A stretch of DNA of 50,867 nucleotides from Candidatus Geothermincola secundus (lineage in GTDB: Bacteria; Actinomycetota; Geothermincolia; Geothermincolales; Geothermincolaceae): NCBI GenBank assembly GCA_015711755.1, contig JACVIY010000002.1, positions 1 through 50,867 of the forward strand. The letters are read 5' to 3'. The notes beneath the pieces are model-generated. The model worked only from the letters and a program-made list of their open reading frames with translations, searched no databases and was not told where the DNA came from. Shown here one piece after another: positions 37,794-48,089 of this stretch; position 1 is the first letter of the stretch, and every line of letters begins with the position of its first letter. The position numbers were made by a program, and so were the translations under genes.

Positions 37794-38750
37794 ATGGACG
37801 TCACCGGCGGAGAGAAGTTATGGTTGAAGAAGAGGCGCTCACGGGTGCTCTGGGAGATAACCGCTCTGGTAGCGTTGGTATATGTAGTAGGAGGGCTGGC
37901 GGCGTTCTTCATCGCCCGGACTTCCTACAACCGCCTCTCTCGCAAGAGCACCGACAGGCTCATCGAGGAGAAGGCGGAGACCATCGCCTCCAGCTACGAT
38001 TACCTCGCCGACATGGAGATGCAGCGTCTGTCCCGTGAATACGGTTACGAGAACATCGACCGCCCCAAGCTCTATGAAAAGCTTCTTAAGAAGGACCCCG
38101 ACGACCTGGACCCCCTTCAGGAATACCTGATCAATATGTTGCAGAACATGGAGCGATCCGAGCTGCTGGACCTGCAGTATATCTTCATGATCATTCCGCC
38201 CAATCCCTTCACTCCCAAGCCCGTCAACTTCGCCTCCAACGACCGCTCCCTGCTCTATGCGGATCTGCCTGAGCCCATCAGCCGGGCCATCGAAGAGGAG
38301 AAGTCTTGGATCATCATGGAGGAAGGCCTACCCGAGCTGGGGCTTGAGGGAGAGCAGCTGGTCACCTTCACCAGGATCCCCTCTCCCGTGTCCCCCGACG
38401 TGCTGGTTACCTTCACCGGCATCACCCCCATGGCCCAGGACGTGGCCGAGATCAAGAGGTTCTACGATGACGAGAAGGGCAGCACCATGGCCAGGTTCGG
38501 CCTTGCGGTGGTCATCGGGGTGGTCCTGGTCATCTTCATCACCTTCTTCCTGCTGCGTTATCTCATCAGCAAGCGCATCACCGAGCCCATCGACCTCCTC
38601 TGCGGCGAGGCCGAGGAGGTGCTGGAGGGCAACCTCGACATCGAGGTGGTGGTGCACCGCGGCGGTGAGTTCGAGGGGCTGGAGACCGCCTTCCGCAAGA
38701 TGGTGGAGAGCTTCCGCAAATACATAGCCAAGAGCATCGGCGAGGGATAA
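37794..38750 (+). CDS. Two-TM membrane protein ending in a HAMP domain, with no output domain
   Basis: TM - extracytoplasmic domain - TM - ITEPIDLL...GNLD...EFEGLETAFRKM, then stop. Confidence 0.75.
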   Translation: MDVTGGEKLWLKKRRSRVLWEITALVALVYVVGGLAAFFIARTSYNRLSRKSTDRLIEEKAETIASSYDYLADMEMQRLSREYGYENIDRPKLYEKLLKKDPDDLDPLQEYLINMLQNMERSELLDLQYIFMIIPPNPFTPKPVNFASNDRSLLYADLPEPISRAIEEEKSWIIMEEGLPELGLEGEQLVTFTRIPSPVSPDVLVTFTGITPMAQDVAEIKRFYDDEKGSTMARFGLAVVIGVVLVIFITFFLLRYLISKRITEPIDLLCGEAEEVLEGNLDIEVVVHRGGEFEGLETAFRKMVESFRKYIAKSIGEG

Positions 38751-38854
38751 GAGGCAGCGTCGAAAGGGCCGGGGGAAACTCGGCCCTTCATCCAGCTCCT
38801 CTTTTCCGTTCGATCGGAGATGAGGGCGCGGCAGATAAAGGAAGGTGGCCGTGG

Positions 38855-39787
38855 TTGTCTGAAGAAGGGGTAAGGCATTACAGCCGCGGGCTTTTCCATG
38901 TCGCCAAACTCATCTGGGCGCTGGGGGAGCGAGTCCTCCGAACCCTGCTGCTCAACCGCTGCGCGCCTCGCATCGGCGGCATAGAGAGGAATATCCGCTA
39001 CCGTTTTGGCGGAAGCCGCCTGCAGTCCCTGGACGTCTTCAGGCCGCGGGGCGAGCCACCCTGGCCCGTGCTGGTCTATATCCACGGCGGGGGCTTCCAT
39101 TTCGGGGACAAACGCACCTATGACCGCGTCTGCCGCCGTTTCGCCTCAGGAGGGCACCTGGTCTGCAACATCAATTACCGCATGGCCCCCCGCTGGGGAT
39201 ACCCCGAGCAGGTTCAGGACGTAGCCGCGGCCATCGCCTGGGCCGCCGATAACGCCTCCTGGTTCGGGGGCGACACCGAGAGGATCTTCATCGCCGGCGA
39301 TTCGGCCGGCGCCTACTTCGCCGCGGAATACGCCGCCCTGATGCTGGACGAAGGACTGGCGAGAAGGGTGCCTGTCGGGGGGTGCGTGCCACCGGAACGG
39401 CTGCGGGGCCTGCTCCTGTTCTACGGCGCCTTCGACTTCGAGAGGGTGCAGCGCACCTCCTTCCCCTTCGTAAGGGAGATGGCCACCGGCTTCCTGGGGC
39501 GGGATCCCGCCGTCTTCGCGGAGAGGGCAAGTGAGGCTTCTCCGCTTCGGCATATATCTCCCGGGTTCCCGCCATGCTTCATCGCCACCAGCGAGATAGA
39601 CCCGCTCCACCCCGAGTCGCTGGAACTGCGGAACAGGCTCTCGGAGGAGGGCCTTCCCTTCCGGCTCCTGACGCTTCCGGCCGCGCAATATCCATTCACC
39701 TGGCACGGTTTTCTCAATTTCTGGTGGTGCAGGGGTGCCCGCCGGACCATGCGGGAGGCCCTGGCCTTCCTGGAAGAGCAGCGCTGA
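38855..39787 (+). CDS. Alpha/beta hydrolase (HSL-type esterase/lipase)
   Basis: IHGGGF, NYRMAP, GDSAG, DPL, HGF. Confidence 0.9.
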   Translation: MSEEGVRHYSRGLFHVAKLIWALGERVLRTLLLNRCAPRIGGIERNIRYRFGGSRLQSLDVFRPRGEPPWPVLVYIHGGGFHFGDKRTYDRVCRRFASGGHLVCNINYRMAPRWGYPEQVQDVAAAIAWAADNASWFGGDTERIFIAGDSAGAYFAAEYAALMLDEGLARRVPVGGCVPPERLRGLLLFYGAFDFERVQRTSFPFVREMATGFLGRDPAVFAERASEASPLRHISPGFPPCFIATSEIDPLHPESLELRNRLSEEGLPFRLLTLPAAQYPFTWHGFLNFWWCRGARRTMREALAFLEEQR

Positions 39788-39844
39788 GGAAGCTATCGGT
39801 CCATTCTCGAGCTCGCCCTCGCCCAGGCGCCCCGCGGGTTGCAC

Positions 39845-40300
39845 TCAGTCAACATCGACGGAGTTGCCGCAGCGGTTGCACCGCTTGGCCCCCCTGAACA
39901 GGGTATTGCCGCAATCGGGGCAGTGATACCTCCTCTCCTCTTCCTCCACCCACCGCTCCGTGCCCCACTCCCGCCACTGGGGTATGGCTCGCAGCATGAC
40001 CTTCCTTCCAACCGGCATGATGAAGCCCTCCACGTGCTCGCAGGGCCAGTCCGGGCACTGATGGCAGCCCTCGTAGCCGCGCTCCCGCGTGCAGGACTTG
40101 AAGGGGCAGACCCTGCAGTAGAGGAAGACCCTGTCCTCCTCGGCGTTGCATCCCTCGCAGCGTATCTCCTCCGGCGGCACGTTGTAGACGGTGGACAGGC
40201 GCTCCTTGAACTTGAGGTTGCCGTCGCGATGGGCGATGAGGATCCCGCAGACCCCGCAGTAGAGCCCGCAGGGCGAGAGCCATTCCCTTTTCGCTGTCAT
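39845..40300 (-). CDS. DUF3795-like Cys-rich protein
   Basis: PCGLYCGVC, CEGC, CRVCPFKSC, CHQCPDWPC, CPDCG...CNRCG. Confidence 0.8.
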   Translation of the reverse strand: MTAKREWLSPCGLYCGVCGILIAHRDGNLKFKERLSTVYNVPPEEIRCEGCNAEEDRVFLYCRVCPFKSCTRERGYEGCHQCPDWPCEHVEGFIMPVGRKVMLRAIPQWREWGTERWVEEEERRYHCPDCGNTLFRGAKRCNRCGNSVDVD

Positions 40301-40433
40301 GCCCGTCCTCCGGGAATGCAGCCGGCGCTTCTTGCCGGCGCCGATCCGCAGCGCAGGCCGACAGGGGCGCAGCTTCGCTTTCCCGCGGTCCGGCGGCGGC
40401 TCCATCCAGTTTGGCCGAGGGCCGACGGTCTAT

Positions 40434-41720
40434 TCACCATTCGAGGACCTCCCCTTCCTCCTCCGCCTCCAGCTCCCCGTCGTCGCCCGCCGCTATGGCC
40501 TTGAGGTCCAGGCTCTTTATCTCCGGCAGGGAGGCCCCGATGATGCCCTGAAGCTCCCCGTACATACCGGATGTGCTCGCGATGACCCTCTCTATCTGCT
40601 TCTCCCGCTTCTTCCAAAGTCTCTGCATGGCCTGCCTCTCTTTGTCGAGGTCGGCCTGCATGGCCTGGAAGGCCTCCACTATGGCGGCCACCTTCTGGCG
40701 GAAGGAGGGGCCGGACAGGTAGTCGTAGAGCATTTCCATCTTTTGCTCCCGGCCCTCGGCGGCGGCCCTGGCCCGGGACACCTCTCGCAGCTGCATCCTC
40801 AGAGCGAAGGCCAGTCCCTCCAGGGAGGAGCGGTCGCACACCCATATGCCCTGGATGTTCCCCATGCCGCTCAGCCCCCGAGGCAAGGCCCGGCTCACGA
40901 TCACGGCTATGTCCGCTCCCGCCTCCCGTTGATCCGTCTTGAGCTTGTCAATCCATCCATCGCTCCAGTTGCGGGTGTTCTTGGCCTCCCAGATGATGGT
41001 GCCGCAGGGGCGGCCGATCTCGTCATTCACCTTTTGAAGCAGGTCGGCGCCCCGCTGCCCTATCTTCACCGCCTCGAAGTCGTCCTCCGGGCAGAGTCGC
41101 CGCAGCACGTCCTCCAGCACTTCCTCCAAGGCCTCCCCGTGATCGCGGCCGGAGCCGCCCTCCGCCCTCCGCCTGGCCTCATCCAGCTGCTTCGTCAGCG
41201 CCTCCAGCTTGCCCTGGTATTCCTTTTCCTTCAGCTCGAACTGCTGGGCCAGTGCCGCGTGGAGCTCCTCGGTCAGCTTCTTCCTCTCTTCGTCCAGGCG
41301 CCTCTCCATCTCCAGCTGCTGTTCCTGCCGAGCCCGCTCCAGCTCCCTCTCCCTGCGGCGCAGCTCCAGCTCGTGTTTCCGCAGTTCGGCGAGGTTGCGG
41401 TCCCTCTCTTCCAGCTGCCTTTGCAGATCCTCCAGCTCCTGCTGCTGGGCCTTTCGGGCCTCAGCCGCGGCTTCCTTCTCCAGCTCGGCCCGCGCCTGCT
41501 CCAGACGCCTGCCCAGCTCCTCATCGAAGGACCGCAGCCGCTCCTCCAGCTCTCTCTCCCTCTTCTCCATCTCGTCCTGTCGGCGTTGCATCTCCTTTTC
41601 GCGCTTGGCCATCACCGCTCTGAGCTCCTTCTCCAGCTCGCTCCTCATCCGAGCGGAGATGGCCTCGGTCAGGGGTATCTCGCAGCCGCATTCCGGGCAT
41701 ATTATCACCTGTTCGGACAT
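40434..41720 (-). CDS. DUF2130-like coiled-coil protein with N-terminal Zn ribbon
   Basis: ICPECG, long coiled coil, GEALE, GADLLQ, IIWEAKNTRNWSDGWIDKLKTDQ. Confidence 0.8.
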   Translation of the reverse strand: MSEQVIICPECGCEIPLTEAISARMRSELEKELRAVMAKREKEMQRRQDEMEKRERELEERLRSFDEELGRRLEQARAELEKEAAAEARKAQQQELEDLQRQLEERDRNLAELRKHELELRRRERELERARQEQQLEMERRLDEERKKLTEELHAALAQQFELKEKEYQGKLEALTKQLDEARRRAEGGSGRDHGEALEEVLEDVLRRLCPEDDFEAVKIGQRGADLLQKVNDEIGRPCGTIIWEAKNTRNWSDGWIDKLKTDQREAGADIAVIVSRALPRGLSGMGNIQGIWVCDRSSLEGLAFALRMQLREVSRARAAAEGREQKMEMLYDYLSGPSFRQKVAAIVEAFQAMQADLDKERQAMQRLWKKREKQIERVIASTSGMYGELQGIIGASLPEIKSLDLKAIAAGDDGELEAEEEGEVLEW

Positions 41721-41827
41721 GTCTTTCCCCTTTCCTTTCCCGATAATAAGCCCTTACCATGATCATTATAGGGGGAGGCGGTGACATCGCCTCCCGGATG
41801 CGATGCCGGGCCGCCCGACGCCCGGCT

Positions 41828-42832
41828 TCAATATACGATGAAACCGCGGCGCGAGCGGAAATCGCCCATTCGGCCCGGCCCCCATCCGCCGTTCCCTACC
41901 GCCTCCTCATCCGCGCGGAAAAAGGCGGCGTGGATGACCCGTTTGCGCCAGACCAGGGCGGTCCCCAGGGCCCGCGGGGAACGGAAGCGGTGGTCCGGGC
42001 CCAGTCCCGTGGACTTGAAGACGCTCTCCGAGCATCCCTTGAGGTCTTTAAGGAAGGCCCGCGCCTGCTTGATGCCGGGCTTCCGGCCCCCCGCTCCGTT
42101 CCGAAGCACAAGCGCCTCGACGGCATAGCCGCGCAGCAGCTTGGGATGCAGGGCGGAGTAGGCCCCGAGGCGGGAGAGCATATCCAGGCCGGCCGGCTCC
42201 CCGCCCAGGAAGACGAGAAGGCCTTTTTGCCCCGGAACCGGCTTGAGGGATCTCACGAAATCCTCCAGCTCGGCGCGGCGGCCGTCGAAAATCTCGCGCA
42301 TGGCCTCGGTGCGCGAGCCAGTTCCCAGGTCGGCGGACATCATCCTGACGGAATCCCAGACACCGTCCTGATCGGAGCGGAAGCCCATCCTGGCCTCAAG
42401 GCTGCCGTGAACCGACAGGTTTTTCTCCCGCCTGCAGCTGCGCGGCATCACGTAGGGCGAGGCCGAGAATCTCTCCGAACGGCAGCTCCAGCGTCCCGCC
42501 TCGGTGGAGCTCACCGGGATCTTCAGCTCCGCTCCCGCCGCCACCAGCACGCTCGTGTTGAGCACGCGGTTCTGCCTGGCGCCCACCACCTCCTCGCCGT
42601 CGAGCACGAGCACCGGCCTCTCGCCGCCGTTGGCCACGAGCAGTTCGGGCACGGAGCCCTCTTCGCTCACCTCCCTGACCTCCAGGGTCCCCCGATGAAG
42701 GGCCTCATCCAGGGTGACGCAGAGCGGCCTCGGCTTCTGCGGATGATGCAGGGGGAACACGGTCAGCCCGCCGTACGCCCTGCCCTCCCCCACCATGATG
42801 CCCTCGAGGAACTCGGCCACGATGCCTTCCAT
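41828..42832 (-). CDS. DUF6569/ARPP-1-like protein
   Basis: EVSEEGSVPELLV, LDGEEVVGARQNRVLN, EAGRW, DQDGVWD. Confidence 0.7.
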   Translation of the reverse strand: MEGIVAEFLEGIMVGEGRAYGGLTVFPLHHPQKPRPLCVTLDEALHRGTLEVREVSEEGSVPELLVANGGERPVLVLDGEEVVGARQNRVLNTSVLVAAGAELKIPVSSTEAGRWSCRSERFSASPYVMPRSCRREKNLSVHGSLEARMGFRSDQDGVWDSVRMMSADLGTGSRTEAMREIFDGRRAELEDFVRSLKPVPGQKGLLVFLGGEPAGLDMLSRLGAYSALHPKLLRGYAVEALVLRNGAGGRKPGIKQARAFLKDLKGCSESVFKSTGLGPDHRFRSPRALGTALVWRKRVIHAAFFRADEEAVGNGGWGPGRMGDFRSRRGFIVY

Positions 42833-42981
42833 TTCCTTCGACCCCCTTTTCCTCTTTTCGCGGATCCGACACACGCGCTTGACTTTCTCTCTTTTAAAGA
42901 AATATCATAAGCGTGTAAAGTTAATTTATAGTATTATTATAGTGCTATAAGTGACATAATAATTTCTATCAAGGAGACTTT

Positions 42982-43626
42982 TTGGAGAAAAAAGATTATT
43001 CTCGGCTGGAATGCCGCATAAAGCGGCGAAACCGCATGATCCCCTGCGTCTTCCTCATCGACGCCAGCAGGGAGCCGGCCATGGCCTGCATATTCGACCC
43101 GCGCACCCGCGAGTCCCTGGACCATGCCAGGATCTACGGGCCGCGGGCGCTGAAGACCCACGCCTACAATTTCGCCTATATCGAGTCCCGAGACGGAGGG
43201 CCCCTGCTGGAGAAGCGGCCCTCCAACCGCCACGAGGCCGAGGCCTTCACCCGCGCCATACTCGAGAACGCCGAGGCCATCTCCAGGGAGGAGTATTTCC
43301 GGGAACTGGAGCTGGTGATCTGGCCGCCGCAGCGCGAGTGGGAGATACCGCAGGGCGGGGTGAAGAGAGCGGCCTTGAGCAGGGATCCCGTCTCCGCTCC
43401 GATCAGCGCATTTCGCACGGCACTAGCCGACGAGGGCGGGATGTTCCTCACCGCCTTTTCCCCTCAAGAAGGCCCGTCTCCCCGATTCGAGGGCCCCGCG
43501 CGTGAGGGAAAGCGGGGGAGCGAACGCAAGGCGATCATCAGGGAGATGGTCCGCCTGATGGAGTCGATGGAGCTGGAGGACCTGAGGGAGCTTCTGCGGT
43601 TCTCCCGCATGCTCCTCGAGGATTGA
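42982..43626 (+). CDS. Hypothetical protein
   Basis: AAGGAG RBS before TTG; divergent from the DUF6569-like gene. Confidence 0.6.
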   Translation: MEKKDYSRLECRIKRRNRMIPCVFLIDASREPAMACIFDPRTRESLDHARIYGPRALKTHAYNFAYIESRDGGPLLEKRPSNRHEAEAFTRAILENAEAISREEYFRELELVIWPPQREWEIPQGGVKRAALSRDPVSAPISAFRTALADEGGMFLTAFSPQEGPSPRFEGPAREGKRGSERKAIIREMVRLMESMELEDLRELLRFSRMLLED

Positions 43627-43683
43627 CCTCTTTACCCCCTCCCCCGCCGATCTGCCCTTGCGCCCCGCGGTATAATCTGCCGG

Positions 43684-44448
43684 GTGCGTGTAGACGCCGA
43701 GCTCTTCTTTTCCCGGCGGACAGGTCACCGAAAGGGTGGGAGATCGTTGAGCGGAGCCGTTTTCTCCTTTCTCATCTTCGCCCTTTATGCCGGCATGGGC
43801 GCTTATCTGGCGATGCTGGACGGCAAGAGGGGCGGGGAACGCGCGGCCCAGCTCGCTTTCGGGCTGACCTTCGCGGTGGTCTCCCTGGTCTATCTGCTCA
43901 CCGGCCTCCAGCAGGTCTTTCACCGCCTGGGGCATCCCCTGGCCGACCGCTCCTTCGCCCTCTTCTCCATGTACGCGGCCTTCTCCGCCACCATCCCCGC
44001 CAGCTACTTCGCCTCCTGGATAGCCCACCTCGACCGGCGCCGCGCCCGCCTGGTCATGATCTGCTTCGTCGCCCTTTCCTGCATATCCTACGGCATCATC
44101 AGCACCGCGCCCACGCGCCCTCTGGAATATTCCTGGGGCTCCACCTGGGACTTCGACTCCACCGCCCTGCGGCTCTACTTCCAGCTGGCCGGCGGCCTGC
44201 CCGCCTTGGTGGCCTTCTCGCAGTTCGTCCTGCTCTCCCTCTCGCCCATCAGGCCCCGGAGGGTGAGGCGCCGCATCATACTGGTCACCGCTTCCTTCCT
44301 GTGCATCATAGCCGGCTGGATGGTGATGCCCACCGGAAGGGAGATCCTGGTGGCGGGTTCGCGGGCGCTGTTGCTCCTGGGCGCCCTCCTGGCCATGGCC
44401 GCCTACTATCCGCCGAGTATCCCCCGCGGGAGAGGGACGTCGCCGTGA
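43684..44448 (+). CDS. Multi-pass membrane protein
   Basis: About 7 hydrophobic segments; start uncertain. Confidence 0.65.
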   Translation: MRVDAELFFSRRTGHRKGGRSLSGAVFSFLIFALYAGMGAYLAMLDGKRGGERAAQLAFGLTFAVVSLVYLLTGLQQVFHRLGHPLADRSFALFSMYAAFSATIPASYFASWIAHLDRRRARLVMICFVALSCISYGIISTAPTRPLEYSWGSTWDFDSTALRLYFQLAGGLPALVAFSQFVLLSLSPIRPRRVRRRIILVTASFLCIIAGWMVMPTGREILVAGSRALLLLGALLAMAAYYPPSIPRGRGTSP

Positions 44449-44489
44449 GCGAGGCGCGTCACTGCCGCGGAGGGGGCTGCGCGAGGCCT

Positions 44490-45101
44490 GAGTTTCAGGC
44501 GCTCCCTGCCCCTGGGCCGCTGCCGCCTCCATGGCCGCCTGCAGCTCCTCCATGGTCATCCCCGACTCCTTCTTCAGGCGTCTGTCAGGATATACGCGGG
44601 TGAAGAGGATGGCGCTTCCCAGGAAGGCGGCGGCAGCGGCCCAGGTCACCCATTTTGGCACCTGGTCTATGAAAACGGCGCGGAGCAGGGAGGCGGCGAC
44701 AAGCCCGGCCATGGCCGCGGCCCATACCCAGGCGATGATCGTGTTATGGAGATGAACAGGGGCTGCTCCCATTGCTCCCTGGGCACCTGCTCCCGGGCGA
44801 ACCGCAGGGTGAAAGGCCTGCGGATGGCCAGGGAGACCAGGATGATGGCCAGCAGGGCGAAGTCGGCGATGACGAAGGCCCAGCGGTCCATCCAGGCCTC
44901 GCTCACGCTGAAGGATATGGCGGACAGGAAGATGAAGAAGGCCAAGGTCCCGATGTCCGGTATCTTGCCCCGGCGGCGCGCCAGGCGGTAGGCGTTGACA
45001 GCAGCGCACACGCCCAGGGCCGAAAAAGCACCCGCGACGCGGTTGAACGGGGCTATGACCCAGAAGACAATCCACGGCCCGAAGCTCAGGAATACCTGCA
45101 C
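44490..45101 (-). pseudogene. Frameshifted membrane protein gene
   Basis: ...RRPFTLRFAREQVPREQWEQPLFISI continues as NTIIAWVWAAAM... only after a 1-nt frame change near 44745; 3' end approximate. Confidence 0.6.
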
Positions 45102-45657
45102 CTTTCCCCCCTTCGCCTGACGTCTCCGTATAGCATGCCTTTCCCCTCCTCACCCTCACGCGGCGCGGAAGCGGTTCGGAAAACCACGCGTGACGCCTAT
45201 TATCCAATGGGACCGTTGCGACATCAATGAAATCGCGGCGAGGCGCGAGGTCGGCCTCCAGGACCCCCATCCTGAAAATGTGGAGCCGTGCCCATGTCAT
45301 CACGAGGAGCGCCCGCATCAGGCACGACATGCCTACTGCGGCAGGCGACCGGAAGAGGCACCGCGACTTGGCGATCCCGGCACTCTCATGCGGGTGGCGG
45401 TTTGCGCTGGGACGGAGATCGCCGCGCAACGGCCTTCGGCCTCCGCTCGCGATGACTGTTGGAGATTGGGGGGATGACCCGAACTGGAGTCGAAATTTTC
45501 ATCGCCTGTGGTGCCGCGCCCGGGCGGCGTGGGGGACTGCAAGAAAGGAGCTGACCTGGATGATGATCGAGCTGTAAAGTCTTTATCGGCGAGAGCGGGT
45601 CTTGCCGGCATGGCCACGAGGTCATCCGTTCCAGAAATCATGGAGGCGGAGAGGGAG

Positions 45658-46143
45658 ATGGACTGGGTCTTCTGGGCGCTGGCGGCGGCGGGAGCGGCGC
45701 GCGCGGCCGAGGAATGTTCGGGCAGGTTCCCGGGACTGAACCGCCTCGCCGGCGGAAGTAACCGGCCGGCGCGTTCCCGACCGGCCCCGGCCTTATGTCT
45801 GGCGATCAACGCGGCTTCCGTCGCCCTGATGGTGGTGGTGGCGATGCTCTGGCCCCGCCATCCCCTCCTCTGCCTGTCCGTCCCCGCATGGCTCACGGTG
45901 AGCGCCATCCTGCACCTCATACCCGCGGCGGCCACGCGGCGATGGGCGCCGGGCTCCCTCTCCGCCCTGCTGCTCCAGCTGCCGCTCTCCATATACGCCT
46001 TCCACGTGGCGGACGGGGCGGGGCTGGACGGGACCGTCAACGTCCTGGCCGCCTTCGCCCTGGGTTCCCTGTGGATGCTGGCGTCCTTCGCCTCCTCCCT
46101 CCTGCTCTGGGTGGTGGAAGAACGGTTCTCAGGCCCGAGCTGA
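45658..46143 (+). CDS. HXXEE-like membrane protein (degenerate motif)
   Basis: ARAAEE replaces HxxEE; ILHLI...RRWAPGSLSALLLQLP. Confidence 0.5.
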   Translation: MDWVFWALAAAGAARAAEECSGRFPGLNRLAGGSNRPARSRPAPALCLAINAASVALMVVVAMLWPRHPLLCLSVPAWLTVSAILHLIPAAATRRWAPGSLSALLLQLPLSIYAFHVADGAGLDGTVNVLAAFALGSLWMLASFASSLLLWVVEERFSGPS

Positions 46144-46239
46144 AGTAAGGCGGAGGAGCCAGCAAGCTCTGTCCCTCGGCATCACAAGTGGAGGGGGCCG
46201 GGGTCCCGGTCCCCTTTCCGCCGGCAGGGCGCGCATCAA

Positions 46240-46668
46240 TCAGAACTTCATCAGGCCGGCGAAGCCCAGGAACAGTCCCGAGCCGAGGACGAGCACCGGG
46301 CTGTATTCCGGCTGATACCCGCGGTAACCCATCACCAGGGCCAGGATGGACATGATGACCACCACGCTGGCCGCGGTGCTGTAGGCCCAGCCGGGGCTGC
46401 GGGAGAGCCGGAAGTCGTCATTCACGAACTTGGCGCCGAGTACCGAGAGAGCGAAGACGGCGCAGGCGGCCCCGACCACGAGAGACACCATGCCGTAGGG
46501 AGTCCGGTAGCCCCTCACCGGGTCTCCCCCCGCCGTCCGGAAGAAGCTGAGCCAGGTGAAGATGGCGACTGTCGCCGAGCTCACCATGGCCAGGAAATCT
46601 CCCGTTGGTTTGGATGCCTCCTCCTTCTCTCCCGCGACCAGAGAGAGATCCCGATTCTCCGAAAGCAT
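46240..46668 (-). CDS. Small membrane protein
   Basis: AAAGGAGG RBS, four hydrophobic segments. Confidence 0.6.
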   Translation of the reverse strand: MLSENRDLSLVAGEKEEASKPTGDFLAMVSSATVAIFTWLSFFRTAGGDPVRGYRTPYGMVSLVVGAACAVFALSVLGAKFVNDDFRLSRSPGWAYSTAASVVVIMSILALVMGYRGYQPEYSPVLVLGSGLFLGFAGLMKF

Positions 46669-46866
46669 CTTTCCTCCTTTCCTCATTCGTTTCCGCATCC
46701 TCCGGTCAGAAAGATAAGCGGGCAGATGTTCCATTGGGGTTTATTCGTGGTTAATATTCACTCACTTTCGGGAAATTTTCGGTGTAGGACATGTCGCGGG
46801 AACGGCGGACGGCCATCATGCCGACACAGCTATATCCGAGGCCGGACACGACCTGGAGAGATGTCC

Positions 46867-48030
46867 TCAACCACTTCCCGGGTCTTCTTCCCCGGTGAGC
46901 ATGTCGTGAACCCGGGGCATCCACTCGCTGATGGAGATGGACTGGGGGCACCTGGTTTCGCATTCACCGCATCCACAGCAGCGGTCGGCTCTCTCGTCCC
47001 CGGGGAAGAAACGCCGGTATCGCAACCGGGAGGAGCGCAACCCATCATACATGGCCGCGTAGTTCACCAGGTCGAAAAGGCCGGGGATGTTCACGCCGGA
47101 GGGGCAGGGGAGGCAGTACCCGCAGTTCGTGCAGGGCACCTCGCGCCTCGCCTCCAGGGTCTCGCGGACGCGCCGGATGAGCTCCTCCTCCGCCGGAGAG
47201 AGAGGATCGCGGCCCGCCCTGTCCGCGGAGGCCAGGTTCTCCTCCACCTGTCGGAGGTCGCTCATCCCGCTCAGGACCACGCTCACCTCGGGTTGCCCCC
47301 ACAGCCACTGCAGGGCGAGGTCCGCGGGGGCGCGGCGCACCCCGAGATCCTCGAAGAGGCCCCTTATCTCGGGGGGAGGGGAGGCCAGGCAACCCCCCAG
47401 CAACGGCTCCATCACCGCCACCGCCAGACCCTTACGAGCGGCGTGTCTCAGTCCCTCCGTGCCCGCCTGGTTCTCGACATCCATGTAGTTGTACTGGATG
47501 AGGGCCACCGTCCAGCCGTCGTAATCGTCCACGATGCGCCTGAAAGAGGCCAGGCGGTCGTGGAAGGAGAAACCCAGGTGTCTGACGAGGCCCTCCCTTA
47601 CCGCTCGCTCCGCCTCCTCCAGCAGTCCGAGACGGAGGACCTCCTCCCAGCGGCGTCGGTTCAGGCCGTGGAACATGTAAACGTCGAGGCGGTCCGTCGC
47701 CAGGCGGCGCAGCTGCTCTTCCAGGAACCGGCGGAAGTCGGCTCTCTCCTTTACCATCCAAACCGGGTTCTTGGTGGCCAGCATGACCCGCTCCCGGTAG
47801 CCCCTGGAGAGGGCGCGGGAGAGGAAGGGCTCGCTCATCTCCCCGTGATAGGTGTAGGCGGTGTCTATGTAGTTCAGCCCCCCGTCTATGGCCCGGCGCA
47901 ACATGGCGGTGGCCGCCGCCTCGTCTATGTTCGGGCTGCCCGGAAGCCCGTCTGTGGTCGGGAGGCGCATGCAGCCGAACCCGAGCGCGGAGACGGACAG
48001 CCCCGTCTTTCCGAAAGGCCTGTATCGCAA
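46867..48030 (-). CDS. Aldo/keto reductase with C-terminal Fe-S domain
   Basis: SALGFGCMRLP, YIDTAYTYH, GFSFHD, MEPLLGG, CTNCGYCLPCP, CCGCGECETRCP. Confidence 0.92.
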   Translation of the reverse strand: MRYRPFGKTGLSVSALGFGCMRLPTTDGLPGSPNIDEAAATAMLRRAIDGGLNYIDTAYTYHGEMSEPFLSRALSRGYRERVMLATKNPVWMVKERADFRRFLEEQLRRLATDRLDVYMFHGLNRRRWEEVLRLGLLEEAERAVREGLVRHLGFSFHDRLASFRRIVDDYDGWTVALIQYNYMDVENQAGTEGLRHAARKGLAVAVMEPLLGGCLASPPPEIRGLFEDLGVRRAPADLALQWLWGQPEVSVVLSGMSDLRQVEENLASADRAGRDPLSPAEEELIRRVRETLEARREVPCTNCGYCLPCPSGVNIPGLFDLVNYAAMYDGLRSSRLRYRRFFPGDERADRCCGCGECETRCPQSISISEWMPRVHDMLTGEEDPGSG

Positions 48031-48089
48031 ATCCGCATCACCTTCCCTTATGCGGTCTTCCATCCGTATTCTAAACAGATGGAACATCT

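Noticed and set aside
43423-45429. 668-aa minus-strand ORF
   Set aside because: A composite: only a short central part is the C-terminus of the frameshifted membrane gene, and the rest is antisense to real genes
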